NCBI GenBank assembly: GCA_963422395.1
Contig: OY729431.1
Location: forward strand, 2,112,001-2,176,000
Length of the DNA stretch: 64,000 nucleotides
From: Vicinamibacteria bacterium
GTDB lineage: Bacteria; Acidobacteriota; Vicinamibacteria; Marinacidobacterales; Marinacidobacteraceae
Direction of reading: 5' to 3'
Part shown: in pieces, positions 9,913 to 18,310 of the stretch
How positions within the stretch are numbered: the first letter of the stretch is position 1
Layout: each line of letters starts with the position of its first letter
Position numbers and translations under genes: made by a program
Notes under the pieces: model-generated
The model's input: only the letters and a program-made list of their open reading frames with translations
Databases searched by the model: none
Told to the model about the DNA's origin: nothing

Positions 9913-11268
9913 TCAGCCGAGAACTTCCCTGAGGGCGCCGGCGACCGCGTCCGCGATCTGCTCCAGATCGTCCGTGGTCGAGCACACCGGCGGAGCGCAG
10001 ACGAAGACTTCGCCGCGCATCCGGCTGAACACGCCGCGGTCGTCGATCGCTCGGAGCAGGCGGGGCCCCACCTTTTCGCTCGCCGGAAACAGCGTCCGGC
10101 TCTCACGGTCGGCGACGATCTCGACCCCCGCCATGAGCCCCTTCCCGCGCACCTCGCCGACATGGGGGTGTCCGGCCACTGCCCGGTGGAGGGTTTCGAG
10201 CAGCACCGCGCCCTTCTCGGCAGCTCGGGCAACGAGACCTTCGGCTTCGATGATGCGGAGGGTCTCGAGCGCGACGGCACAGGACACCGGATGGGCGCTA
10301 TAGGTGTACGCGTGCATCCAGACCGGACTTCCACCGTCCCCTCCGCCGTCCAGGGTTTCGGCTACCCGGTCCGAGAGCCCGATCCCCCCGAGCGGGATAT
10401 AGCCCGAGGTGATGCCCTTGGCGAACTGCATGATGTCCGGCTCGATCCCCCAGTGGGTGAGACCGAACATCGAGCCGGTGCGTCCGAATCCGGTGATGAC
10501 TTCGTCGGAGACGAGGAGCACTTCGTACCGATCGCAGATCTCGCGAATCCGGGGGAAGTAGTCGTCGGTGGGGACGATCACTCCCCCCGCCCCCTGGACC
10601 GGCTCGGCGAGGAACATGGCTACGGTGTCCGCGCCTTCCTCGAGAATCGCCGCTTCGAGTTCGTCGGCGGCGGCCTCGCCGCGGGTCTTGCCCGGGAGCG
10701 GATCGTAGAAATACGGATAGGGAGAACCGATGTGCCGGAAGCCCGGAATCCGGGGCTCGAACATGGGCCAGTAGGCGCTGATCCCGGTGGCGCACATCGC
10801 CGCCAGGGTGACCCCGTGGTAACCCCAGATCCGGGAGATGACCTTGGTTTTCTGGGGCTTGCCCTGGACTTTCCAGTAGTAGCGGGCGGTCTTGATGCTG
10901 GAATCGGTGGATTCTCCGCCGCCGGAAGTGAGGAAGAATCGGTTGATGCCGGGATAGGCGATTTCTGCCAGTTTGGCAGCGAGCGCGATCGCCTGGCGGT
11001 TCGAACTGCCCGCATAGCCCGAGGCATAGGCGAGCTCGCGCATCTGGTCGGCCGCCGCCTGCGCCAGTTCGGTGCGCCCGTGTCCGAGGAACACATTCCA
11101 GAGACCGGAAAGGCCGTCCACATATTCCTTCCCGTCGGCATCGAAGAGCCGGGCCCCTTCGCCGCGGACCCAGACATGACCGCCGGCGACCACCTGTTTG
11201 CTGTGGATGGGGTGGATCAGGTGCTCGGCATCGCGCTCGAGCAGGCCCGCTTTGCCGATTTCGGACAT
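9913..11268 (-). CDS. Class III (omega-amino acid) aminotransferase
   Basis: Motifs DGLSGLWNV, GYHGVT, EPVQGAGG, DEVITGFGRTG and the PLP lysine in FAKGITSGY. Confidence 0.92.
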   Translation of the reverse strand: MSEIGKAGLLERDAEHLIHPIHSKQVVAGGHVWVRGEGARLFDADGKEYVDGLSGLWNVFLGHGRTELAQAAADQMRELAYASGYAGSSNRQAIALAAKLAEIAYPGINRFFLTSGGGESTDSSIKTARYYWKVQGKPQKTKVISRIWGYHGVTLAAMCATGISAYWPMFEPRIPGFRHIGSPYPYFYDPLPGKTRGEAAADELEAAILEEGADTVAMFLAEPVQGAGGVIVPTDDYFPRIREICDRYEVLLVSDEVITGFGRTGSMFGLTHWGIEPDIMQFAKGITSGYIPLGGIGLSDRVAETLDGGGDGGSPVWMHAYTYSAHPVSCAVALETLRIIEAEGLVARAAEKGAVLLETLHRAVAGHPHVGEVRGKGLMAGVEIVADRESRTLFPASEKVGPRLLRAIDDRGVFSRMRGEVFVCAPPVCSTTDDLEQIADAVAGALREVLG

Positions 11269-11281
11269 TCGCCTTCCTGTT

Positions 11282-12298
11282 TCAGGAGCCGACCCGGCGC
11301 CCCGCCGCCCGATGGCCGACGGCGAGGGCCTCCGGCGAAGTCACGATGAAAACGCGGAATCCCTGCTCGATCCGGGCGGCGATGTCCTCCGGTCCGGCAG
11401 TGATCCCGCAAGGTACCCGGACCTGCTGGCAGGCCGAGAGCACGGTCTGGATGGCCGCTTCCACGGCGTCCCGGTCTCCGCCGTAGGCGCGGCGCAGGTC
11501 GCCGGGTCCGGGGAAGGCCACGCTCACCCCCGGCACGCTCACGATTTCCAGGGCATTCGCGACCCCGACCCGGTCCTCGATGAGCACCATGCTGATCAGT
11601 TCACCCGAGCCGGCGAGGGGCCAGACATCGGCGTGCGCCGCGTAGTCCTCGGCGGACACTCCGAAGACGCGAGCCGCCTCGGGGTCGAAATCGCCCCGCA
11701 GTCCGCCCACTCTCCGAGGCCGCATGGAGGCCACGGCGTACTCCGCTTCGGCAGCGGTTTCCACATGCGGGAAGACGATGGCGTAGGCGCCGGCATCGAG
11801 TCCCGCGGCACTCCGTTCCGCCGCCTGTTCGCGTCCGTCCCGGAGGGGCGGAATCCGCAGCGCGAGGGGATGCGGGTTGGCCGGTCCCCTGCCCTCCGCG
11901 GGAGAGAGCGCCTCTTGGTAGGCAGCCATTTCCGGAATATCGAACGGGCCGGTTTCCATGGAGTAGAAGACGAAGTCGGCCAGGCTCTGCCGTGCCATCT
12001 CCCTGGCGGTCTCGGGCGTCTTCTCCCCGGAGAAGATGCCGAACACGACCTGCCCGTCGGCGAGCAGCGAAGCGATCCGGTTCCATTCGGGACCGGTCGA
12101 AGTTTCCCCGATCGAGGTTCCCCCGGCCGAGGTTCCCCCGGCCGGCGACTCTTCCTCCGGGGCCGCCGCGGCCGCCTTGCGATCTCCCCCCGGAGCGGCG
12201 CCGAAGAGAACTCCCGAAGTCAGGATCAGCACGAGTCCGAGGACCCCGAGCAGCGGCGCTGCCTCGGACAGCGGAGGGAGAAACGACGGATTCCTCAT
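11282..12298 (-). CDS. HpcH/HpaI aldolase/citrate-lyase family protein with N-terminal signal or TM segment
   Basis: Motifs LDAGAYAIVFPHVETA, LIEDRVGVANALEIVSVPG and GPGDL. Hydrophobic N-terminus. Confidence 0.8.
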   Translation of the reverse strand: MRNPSFLPPLSEAAPLLGVLGLVLILTSGVLFGAAPGGDRKAAAAAPEEESPAGGTSAGGTSIGETSTGPEWNRIASLLADGQVVFGIFSGEKTPETAREMARQSLADFVFYSMETGPFDIPEMAAYQEALSPAEGRGPANPHPLALRIPPLRDGREQAAERSAAGLDAGAYAIVFPHVETAAEAEYAVASMRPRRVGGLRGDFDPEAARVFGVSAEDYAAHADVWPLAGSGELISMVLIEDRVGVANALEIVSVPGVSVAFPGPGDLRRAYGGDRDAVEAAIQTVLSACQQVRVPCGITAGPEDIAARIEQGFRVFIVTSPEALAVGHRAAGRRVGS

Positions 12299-12417
12299 GG
12301 AGAGGTCGGCTATCCTAATGGTTGGGGGGCGGAAGGTCCCGCTCCTGCAGTATCCGCCGCGCTCCCGGTTCTCTCCGAAGGTTCCGGGCGCCTCGACAGC
12401 ACCGAGGAATTCCTCCC

Positions 12418-12918
12418 ATGTCCACCGTCACTCTGGGCGGCGCTCCCTTCGCGATCTCGGGCGAAATCCCGCGCGTCGGGAACGCCGCTCCCGAATTCAC
12501 CCTCACCGGGAGCGATCTCGGCGAGGTGTCGCTCGCCGACTACGCCCGAAGGAAATTGGTCCTCAACATCTTTCCGAGCGTGGACACTCCGGTATGCGCC
12601 GCGTCGGTGCGGCGCTTCAACGAAGCTGCCGCCGGCCTCGAAGAGGTCTCGGTCCTTTGCGTCTCGCGCGACCTTCCGTTCGCCCAGAGCCGTTTTTGCG
12701 CGGCCGAGAACATCGAGGGAGTCGCCTGCGCCTCCGAGATGCGCGACCACGCCTTCGGCGAGGCCTACGGCCTCCGCATCACCGAAGGGCCCTTGGCCGG
12801 CCTCTTCGCCCGGGCGGTCGTGGTGGTGGACGGCGACGGAACGGTCCTCCACTCCCAGCTCGTTCCCAAGATCGAGGACGAACCCGATTACGACGCCGTA
12901 CTGGCGGTCTGCGCCTGA
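12418..12918 (+). CDS. tpx: Thiol peroxidase (Tpx)
   Basis: Motifs FPSVDTPVCA, VSRDLPFAQSRFC and EPDYD. Confidence 0.95.
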   Translation: MSTVTLGGAPFAISGEIPRVGNAAPEFTLTGSDLGEVSLADYARRKLVLNIFPSVDTPVCAASVRRFNEAAAGLEEVSVLCVSRDLPFAQSRFCAAENIEGVACASEMRDHAFGEAYGLRITEGPLAGLFARAVVVVDGDGTVLHSQLVPKIEDEPDYDAVLAVCA

Positions 12919-13013
12919 TCTGCCCTCCGAGCGGCCCCCGCTCCCGAGCAGAAGGTTCCGGGTTGGATTCCGGTCGGGGACCCTCGACCGGGAGCCCCTC
13001 GCTACTCGGCAAT

Positions 13014-13042
13014 GCCGTGTGACTTCGTCCACGGGCTGCTAG
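13014..13042. repeat. Family A MITE right end followed by CTAG
   Basis: GCCGTGTGACTTCGTCCACGGGCTG|CTAG matches the right end of the 22317-22831 units with one mismatch. Confidence 0.75.
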
Positions 13043-13084
13043 AATTCAGGTGTCGCTTCTTCGTGCGCCCACCCATCTGAGATC

Positions 13085-13756
13085 TTGACCGAAGCGCAGG
13101 AAGGGATCGACGATTCGGCGTCGGCAACGGACCGGAAATCGACCCGCGACGCTGTGCCCGAGAGGGATTTCGAGCAAGGCGAACTGGTTTTCTACCCCCA
13201 GATCGGCCATTGCGATGTGGGAGAAGTGATCAGCGACGATCATACGGGCCTCGACCTGCTCGAACTCACTCCGCAGGAATTCGAGGCTGGCAATCGCATC
13301 CTGGTCCCCTTGGGCCATCTGGCGAACCGAGGCATCCGGCGGGCGGGCGATACCCCGGGGATGATCGAAGAGATTCTCGGCTCCGACTTCGAGCCGACCA
13401 TCGAAGACGCCGCCGAGCGGCTGGATCTGATCACCGCGCAGGAGCGGGAAGGGACCGTCGGGAGCCTCGCTCTGGCCCTGAAGCGGCTTCACCTGCGCCA
13501 CGAGATGAAGACCATCAGCCGTGACGAAGAAAAGCGCCGGGCCCGCATCCGCAAGTGGCTGGTGGTGGAATACATGACCGAGAAGCAGGGAACCCCCGGA
13601 CAGGCACAAGCAGCGATCACTCGCCTCCTGGCCCGGACCATGAACGCCGTCCGGGAGCGGGAGCGGGAAGCGGCGCGCGAGCAGCGTCGCAAGGAACGGG
13701 CCGAGCGCAAGGCCGAGGCGGAACGCCGCACCCGCCGCCGGCAAGGCCGGAACTGA
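13085..13756 (+). CDS. CarD-like RNA-polymerase-binding regulator (divergent)
   Basis: N-terminus FEQGELVFYPQIGHC...ILVP resembles the CarD RID. The helical C-domain follows CarD spacing. Basic/acidic tail; TTG start. Confidence 0.65.
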   Translation: MTEAQEGIDDSASATDRKSTRDAVPERDFEQGELVFYPQIGHCDVGEVISDDHTGLDLLELTPQEFEAGNRILVPLGHLANRGIRRAGDTPGMIEEILGSDFEPTIEDAAERLDLITAQEREGTVGSLALALKRLHLRHEMKTISRDEEKRRARIRKWLVVEYMTEKQGTPGQAQAAITRLLARTMNAVREREREAAREQRRKERAERKAEAERRTRRRQGRN

Positions 13757-13824
13757 GCAGGCGGCGAAGCGCCGGTCGCCGCGACTGCCGGAAGCCATCG
13801 GCTGCCAGGCCGCCGCGGACAGAA

Positions 13825-15480
13825 ATGTCGAGCCGCTCGCTCTTCGCCCCGCCGCCGACCCCGCCTCTCGCGGCCCCCGAAGCTTCGCCGCCAGCGCCTG
13901 CTCCACAGGCGATTTCCGTTCCAGCGAAGCCGCGGATCGAGCGAAATCCCGTTCTCCGCACCGGCTCGGCCGAATCCCCCTATACGGTGGCCGGACTCAG
14001 TGAGCAGGTGCGGGAGATTCTCCAAGACGGATTCCCGAGGAGCCTGTGGCTCGAAGGGGAAGTGTCCCAGGCCACCGAGCGAAACGGCCACTGGTACCTG
14101 ACTTTCCGCGAAGAGAAGTCCGTTCTCGAAGCCGTCGCCTGGGCGAGTGATGCCCGGCACTTCCGCTTCGAGCCCCGGCAAGGCGACCGGGTGCGGACTC
14201 TCGGCCGGCTGCGCGCCTATGCGGGGAGGAGCCGCTACCAGCTGCAGATCCGACAGCTGGAACGCGCCGGCATCGGCTTGCTGCTGCAAGAGCTCGTCGA
14301 ACGCGAAAAGCGTCTGGAAGCCGAAGGGCTCTTCGACGACGCGCTGAAGCGCAGAGTCCCCTACCTGCCGCTCCGGATCGGCCTGCTGACTTCGGTGGGG
14401 AGCGACGCCTGGGCGGACTTCATGAAGGCCGCCCGCACCCGTTTCCCCGGCGTGCTGATCCGCGAACACGACACCCCGGTCCAGGGAGAGCGGGCACCCG
14501 CAGCGCTGGCCGCCGGGATCCACACCCTCGGTCGGGAACGCCTCGATGTGATCGTCGTCGCGCGCGGCGGCGGATCGGTCGAGGACCTCCTCCCCTTCAG
14601 CGACGAAGCGGTGGTGCGCGCCGCGGCAGCCTGCCCGGTCCCGCTCGTGAGTGCGATCGGCCACGAACAGGATCGCCCCCTGCTCGATCGGGCCGCCGAC
14701 CGCCGCGTCAGCACGCCCTCGGCGGCGGCGAGGGAGCTTCTTCCCGAGCGAAGCGAGCTGCTCCGTGAAATCGCCGAGCACCGGAGAGAATCCGGGTTCT
14801 CGGCTCGTCAGCGGATCACCGCCGCCAGGCAGCGCCGCAATGCGTTTTCGACCCATCGCGTGATGGCGGCGCTCCCCGCCTGGATACTGGGTGAAACTCG
14901 AAACCGCGCCCTCGATCGTACCGGGGCGCAGCACTGCGCTCACGGTGCGCTGCGGCGGCGCGGGGAGCGCCTCGGCCGCATCCTCCTGCGCATCGAGAAG
15001 AACCACCCGCAGCGGTGGCTCGCGGACCAGCGCACCCAGCTCGGCACGATCAGCGGCCGCCTGGCCGGGCTGTCCCCCTGCAGGGGACCGGAAGCGCGTC
15101 TCGCGGCGCTCCGACCCCGGATCGCGGCCGAGCCGCTTCGTCACTCGGTAGGCTCGCTGAGCGCAGCCGTGGAGGCCGACCGGGCCGGCTTCCGCCGCGC
15201 CGCCGCAGGAAGGATCGAGCGCTGCTGTTCGACCGTCCGCGCTTTGCGCGGCCAGCTCGACGCGCTCGATCCGCGCGCGGTGCTGCAGCGCGGTTACAGT
15301 CTCGTGCTCGATTCCGGCGGCCGGGCGGTGCTCTCCCCTGCGCAGGTCTCGATCGGCGACCGTTTGCGCCTGCTGCTCGGCGAGGGAGAGCTGGGCGCCA
15401 CGGTCGAGAGTATCCGCCGCGAGTCCACGACGGATGGAGCCGGGGCCCCGCCCCGCGAACCGGAGGAAGAGCACCCGTGA
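13825..15480 (+). CDS. xseA: Exodeoxyribonuclease VII large subunit
   Basis: OB-fold WLEGEVS..NGHWY, ARGGGSVEDL, SAIGHEQD, STPSAAA and LDPRAVLQRGYS. Confidence 0.93.
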   Translation: MSSRSLFAPPPTPPLAAPEASPPAPAPQAISVPAKPRIERNPVLRTGSAESPYTVAGLSEQVREILQDGFPRSLWLEGEVSQATERNGHWYLTFREEKSVLEAVAWASDARHFRFEPRQGDRVRTLGRLRAYAGRSRYQLQIRQLERAGIGLLLQELVEREKRLEAEGLFDDALKRRVPYLPLRIGLLTSVGSDAWADFMKAARTRFPGVLIREHDTPVQGERAPAALAAGIHTLGRERLDVIVVARGGGSVEDLLPFSDEAVVRAAAACPVPLVSAIGHEQDRPLLDRAADRRVSTPSAAARELLPERSELLREIAEHRRESGFSARQRITAARQRRNAFSTHRVMAALPAWILGETRNRALDRTGAQHCAHGALRRRGERLGRILLRIEKNHPQRWLADQRTQLGTISGRLAGLSPCRGPEARLAALRPRIAAEPLRHSVGSLSAAVEADRAGFRRAAAGRIERCCSTVRALRGQLDALDPRAVLQRGYSLVLDSGGRAVLSPAQVSIGDRLRLLLGEGELGATVESIRRESTTDGAGAPPREPEEEHP

Positions 15481-16013
15481 ACGAACACTCCGCTGCCCCC
15501 ACGGAAGCCGACCCCAGCACAAACGCCAGCACAAACGCTGGTCGGGAGCAGACCTTCGAGACGATCGAGGCACAGCTCGAAGCGATCACCGAGAAGCTCG
15601 AGGAGCCGACCGTGCCTCTCGAGGAAAGGCTTCGGTTGCACGCCCGGGCCGTCCGGCTGCACGCAACGCTCGAAGGGAAACTCGACGCCGCCGAGAAGGC
15701 GATCCAGGCGGCAGAGAAGGCCGCCGTCCCGGCCGAGCCGGACGGCGAGCCCTATGAGGCGGTTCGCGACCGGCTGGCCGAGATCGTGAACGCACTCGAA
15801 AACGAGGAACTGCCGCTCGACCGGGTCGTTGCGCTCCATCTCCAGGCAGGCCAGCTGGCGGCGCGGTGCGAAACCATTCTGAAGACCGCCCGGACGCAGC
15901 TCGATGCAGTTGCCGAGCCGCCCTCCGACGGCTCCGAGGAGCCGGATCCGGCCCCCGTCCCTCGCGCGGACCCAGGCTCGGCCGAAGAGTGGGACGATCC
16001 ACCGCCCTTCTAA
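15477..16013 (+). CDS. xseB: Exodeoxyribonuclease VII small subunit with two tandem XseB domains
   Basis: GTG overlaps the xseA stop; lies between xseA and ispA. Two XseB-like units: TFETIEAQLEAITEKLE..VPLEERL and PYEAVRDRLAEIVNALE.EELPLDRVV...RCETIL. Confidence 0.8.
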   Translation: MNEHSAAPTEADPSTNASTNAGREQTFETIEAQLEAITEKLEEPTVPLEERLRLHARAVRLHATLEGKLDAAEKAIQAAEKAAVPAEPDGEPYEAVRDRLAEIVNALENEELPLDRVVALHLQAGQLAARCETILKTARTQLDAVAEPPSDGSEEPDPAPVPRADPGSAEEWDDPPPF

Positions 16014-16122
16014 CAGCCTGCGCCGCAGAAAACGATGACCCCCATACGGAGCAGGTCGATTCGTCGATGACCACTACATATGGTGGTAGATCGTGCTTGG
16101 AATCGTTCGCCGGCACAGGCTG
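16014..16122. mobile_element. 109-bp MITE with ends matching the resident IS1182 element
   Basis: TIRs CAGCCTGCGCCG / CGGCACAGGCTG (11/12), flanked by CTAA and CCAG. Shares CAG-CTGCGCCGCAGAAA and CATATGGTGGTAG with the IS end near 27114-27155. Confidence 0.75.
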
Positions 16123-17114
16123 CCAGCCCTTGTCCCCGAGCTCGCCAAGGCTCTCCCTCGACACCTTCTTCGACCGCTCCCTCGGAGCCGAGCAGTGACG
16201 AGCCGCCGCGCGAACTCGACCACTTTCTCGCTTCCTGTGCACAGGAGGTGGAGGCCTTTCTCGATGGTGCGCTGCCGCCGGCGAACGGTGTTTTCGGCTC
16301 GTTGGGCCGGGCCATCCGCTACGCGGCGCTCGGCGGCGGCAAGCGGGTTCGGCCGGCGCTCGCCATGGCCTCGGCGCTCGCCGTCGGCGGGCAGAGGAAG
16401 GATGCGCTCGCCGCCGCCGCCGCAGTGGAGATGATCCACACCTATTCGCTGATCCACGACGACCTGCCGTGCATGGACGACGATGACCTCCGCCGTGGAA
16501 AGCCGACCGTTCATATCCGGTTCGGGGAGGCGATCGCGGTTCTCGCCGGGGATGCGCTCCACACCCTGGCTTTCACGGTGCTTTCGGGGAGTGAAGCACC
16601 GGAAGCGGTGCGCCTCGAATCCGTTCGGCGTCTCGCCGAAGCCGCCGGACCCGCCGGGATGGCAGGAGGGCAGGCGCTCGACATGGAAGCCGAGACCCGC
16701 TCTCCCGGCGCCCGCGGACTGGAATCCATCCATCGCGCGAAGACGGGGGCCCTGTTCGGCGCTTCTACCGCGCTCGGCACCCTCGCCGGCGGCGGCGATC
16801 CGGCGCAGGTGGAAACGGCGGCCCGTTTCGGCGTGGAGCTAGGGCTCGTCTTCCAGATCGTGGATGACCTCCTCGACGAAGAGCAGCCGAGCGCGGCGCT
16901 CGGCAAGGCTTCCGGGAAAGATCGGGCCGCCGGAAAGGCGACCTACCCGGCGATCCACGGACGAGCGGCAGCGCGTGCCGAAGCCTGCCGGCGGGCGGCT
17001 GCAGCGGGCCGGATGCTCGCATCATGGAAAGACCGGGCGGCCGATGCGTCGAGCTGCCGCGGGGTGAGACTGCTCGGGCTGCTGGCCGAGCGCGTGGTGG
17101 CTCGAACCACCTGA
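16080..17114 (+). CDS. ispA: Farnesyl/geranylgeranyl diphosphate synthase
   Basis: Motifs GGKRVRP, SLIHDDLPCMDDDDLRRG, GGQALD, KTGALF and FQIVDDLLD. Start is uncertain because the first ATG lies inside the MITE. Confidence 0.92.
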   Translation: MVVDRAWNRSPAQAASPCPRARQGSPSTPSSTAPSEPSSDEPPRELDHFLASCAQEVEAFLDGALPPANGVFGSLGRAIRYAALGGGKRVRPALAMASALAVGGQRKDALAAAAAVEMIHTYSLIHDDLPCMDDDDLRRGKPTVHIRFGEAIAVLAGDALHTLAFTVLSGSEAPEAVRLESVRRLAEAAGPAGMAGGQALDMEAETRSPGARGLESIHRAKTGALFGASTALGTLAGGGDPAQVETAARFGVELGLVFQIVDDLLDEEQPSAALGKASGKDRAAGKATYPAIHGRAAARAEACRRAAAAGRMLASWKDRAADASSCRGVRLLGLLAERVVARTT

Positions 17115-17122
17115 TTCCTCCC

Positions 17123-18166
17123 GTGGCCGCGAAGACGACGACCCGTCCCCGCCTCCGGAACCGGGGCGCCGCCTCGGAATCGGGACGCCGCTTCCGCCCG
17201 CCGACTGGACGCCCGCTTCGGATCGGTATCGTCGCCAAGACCACTGCGCCCGAGACCGGGGACACCATGCGCGGACTCACGCGCTGGCTCGAGAGCCGCG
17301 GCGCCCGTCCCGCGCTGGAAGCAGATCTCGCGGAACGGGCGGGCTGGACCGGGGAGTCGTTTCCGCTCCCGGAAGTGGCGAAGGAGCGAGACTTCGCTCT
17401 GGTCCTCGGCGGAGACGGCACCCTGTTGTCGGTGGCGCGCGCGATGGGAATCCACCAGATCCCCATCTTCGGAGTGAACCTCGGAAGCCTCGGCTTCCTG
17501 ACGAACGCGCCGCTCGACCAGCTCTATCCGGGGCTCGAAATGATCCTGGAGGGCGAGGGGGTCCTGGATGGACGATCCACCTTTCGGGCCGCCCTCTTCC
17601 GGGGAGGGGAAGTCGTCCGCGAGGATCTGGCCGTGAACGATGTGGTCATCACCGGAAGCGCCATCGCGCGCGTGATCGAGGTGCGGATCACCAGCAGCCT
17701 GGGATTCGTGGCGACGGTACACGGCGATGGAGTCATCGTGGCGACCCCGACCGGTTCCACCGCCTACAACCTCGGCGCCGGCGGGCCGGTGGTTCACCCG
17801 GCGGTGGATGCCCTCATCCTGGCGCCCATCGTCCCCCTCACCCTGACCCAGCGGCCAGTGGTGTTTCCCGACAACGAAGAGCTCTCTCTGACCCTCAGGG
17901 GTCGAAAACGGCAGGTTCGGGCGACCTTCGACGGTCAGGAGAGCGAGAAGATGGAGCTTGGCGATGTGCTCAGAGTCCGGAAATCGGAAGTGAGGCTCCA
18001 GCTACTCGGCCTGCCGGATCAGAACTACTTCCGGGTCCTGCGCAAGAAGCTGCTCTGGAGCGCGCTGCCTCCCAAGCGGGCGCGTGCGGTCGCGCCCACT
18101 CCCCCCGACCAGGGAAACGAGTCCGGCGTGAAGGTCGGCATCGCTCGCTCGGGTGTCTCTTCATGA
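17123..18166 (+). CDS. nadK: NAD(+) kinase
   Basis: Motifs GGDGTLL, GVNLGSLGFL and DGVIVATPTGSTAYNLGAGGP. Start approximate. Confidence 0.92.
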   Translation: MAAKTTTRPRLRNRGAASESGRRFRPPTGRPLRIGIVAKTTAPETGDTMRGLTRWLESRGARPALEADLAERAGWTGESFPLPEVAKERDFALVLGGDGTLLSVARAMGIHQIPIFGVNLGSLGFLTNAPLDQLYPGLEMILEGEGVLDGRSTFRAALFRGGEVVREDLAVNDVVITGSAIARVIEVRITSSLGFVATVHGDGVIVATPTGSTAYNLGAGGPVVHPAVDALILAPIVPLTLTQRPVVFPDNEELSLTLRGRKRQVRATFDGQESEKMELGDVLRVRKSEVRLQLLGLPDQNYFRVLRKKLLWSALPPKRARAVAPTPPDQGNESGVKVGIARSGVSS

Positions 18167-18274
18167 ACACCTCTCTCGGGAGTCCGTCTCCCCCAAGCCC
18201 AGTATCCAGAATCGGGAGAGAGGGGGTGTCCCCTTTTCTCAGGAAGTGAGAACTCCCATCCGAATCGCTGTCAG

Positions 18275-18302
18275 CAGCCTGTGGAAGTCGCGCGAGCCCC
18301 AA
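18275..18302. repeat. Family A MITE left-end fragment embedded in family B sequence
   Basis: TCAG|CAGCCTGTGGAAGTCGCGCGAGCCCCAA compared with the unit start CAGCCTGTGGATGAAGTGGCGCGAGCCCCAA. Confidence 0.7.
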
Positions 18303-18310
18303 CCCCGCCC

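Noticed and set aside
15515-15538. 12-bp tandem duplication in the xseB N-terminus (STNASTNA)
   Set aside because: An in-frame slippage in a disordered segment with no evident function.
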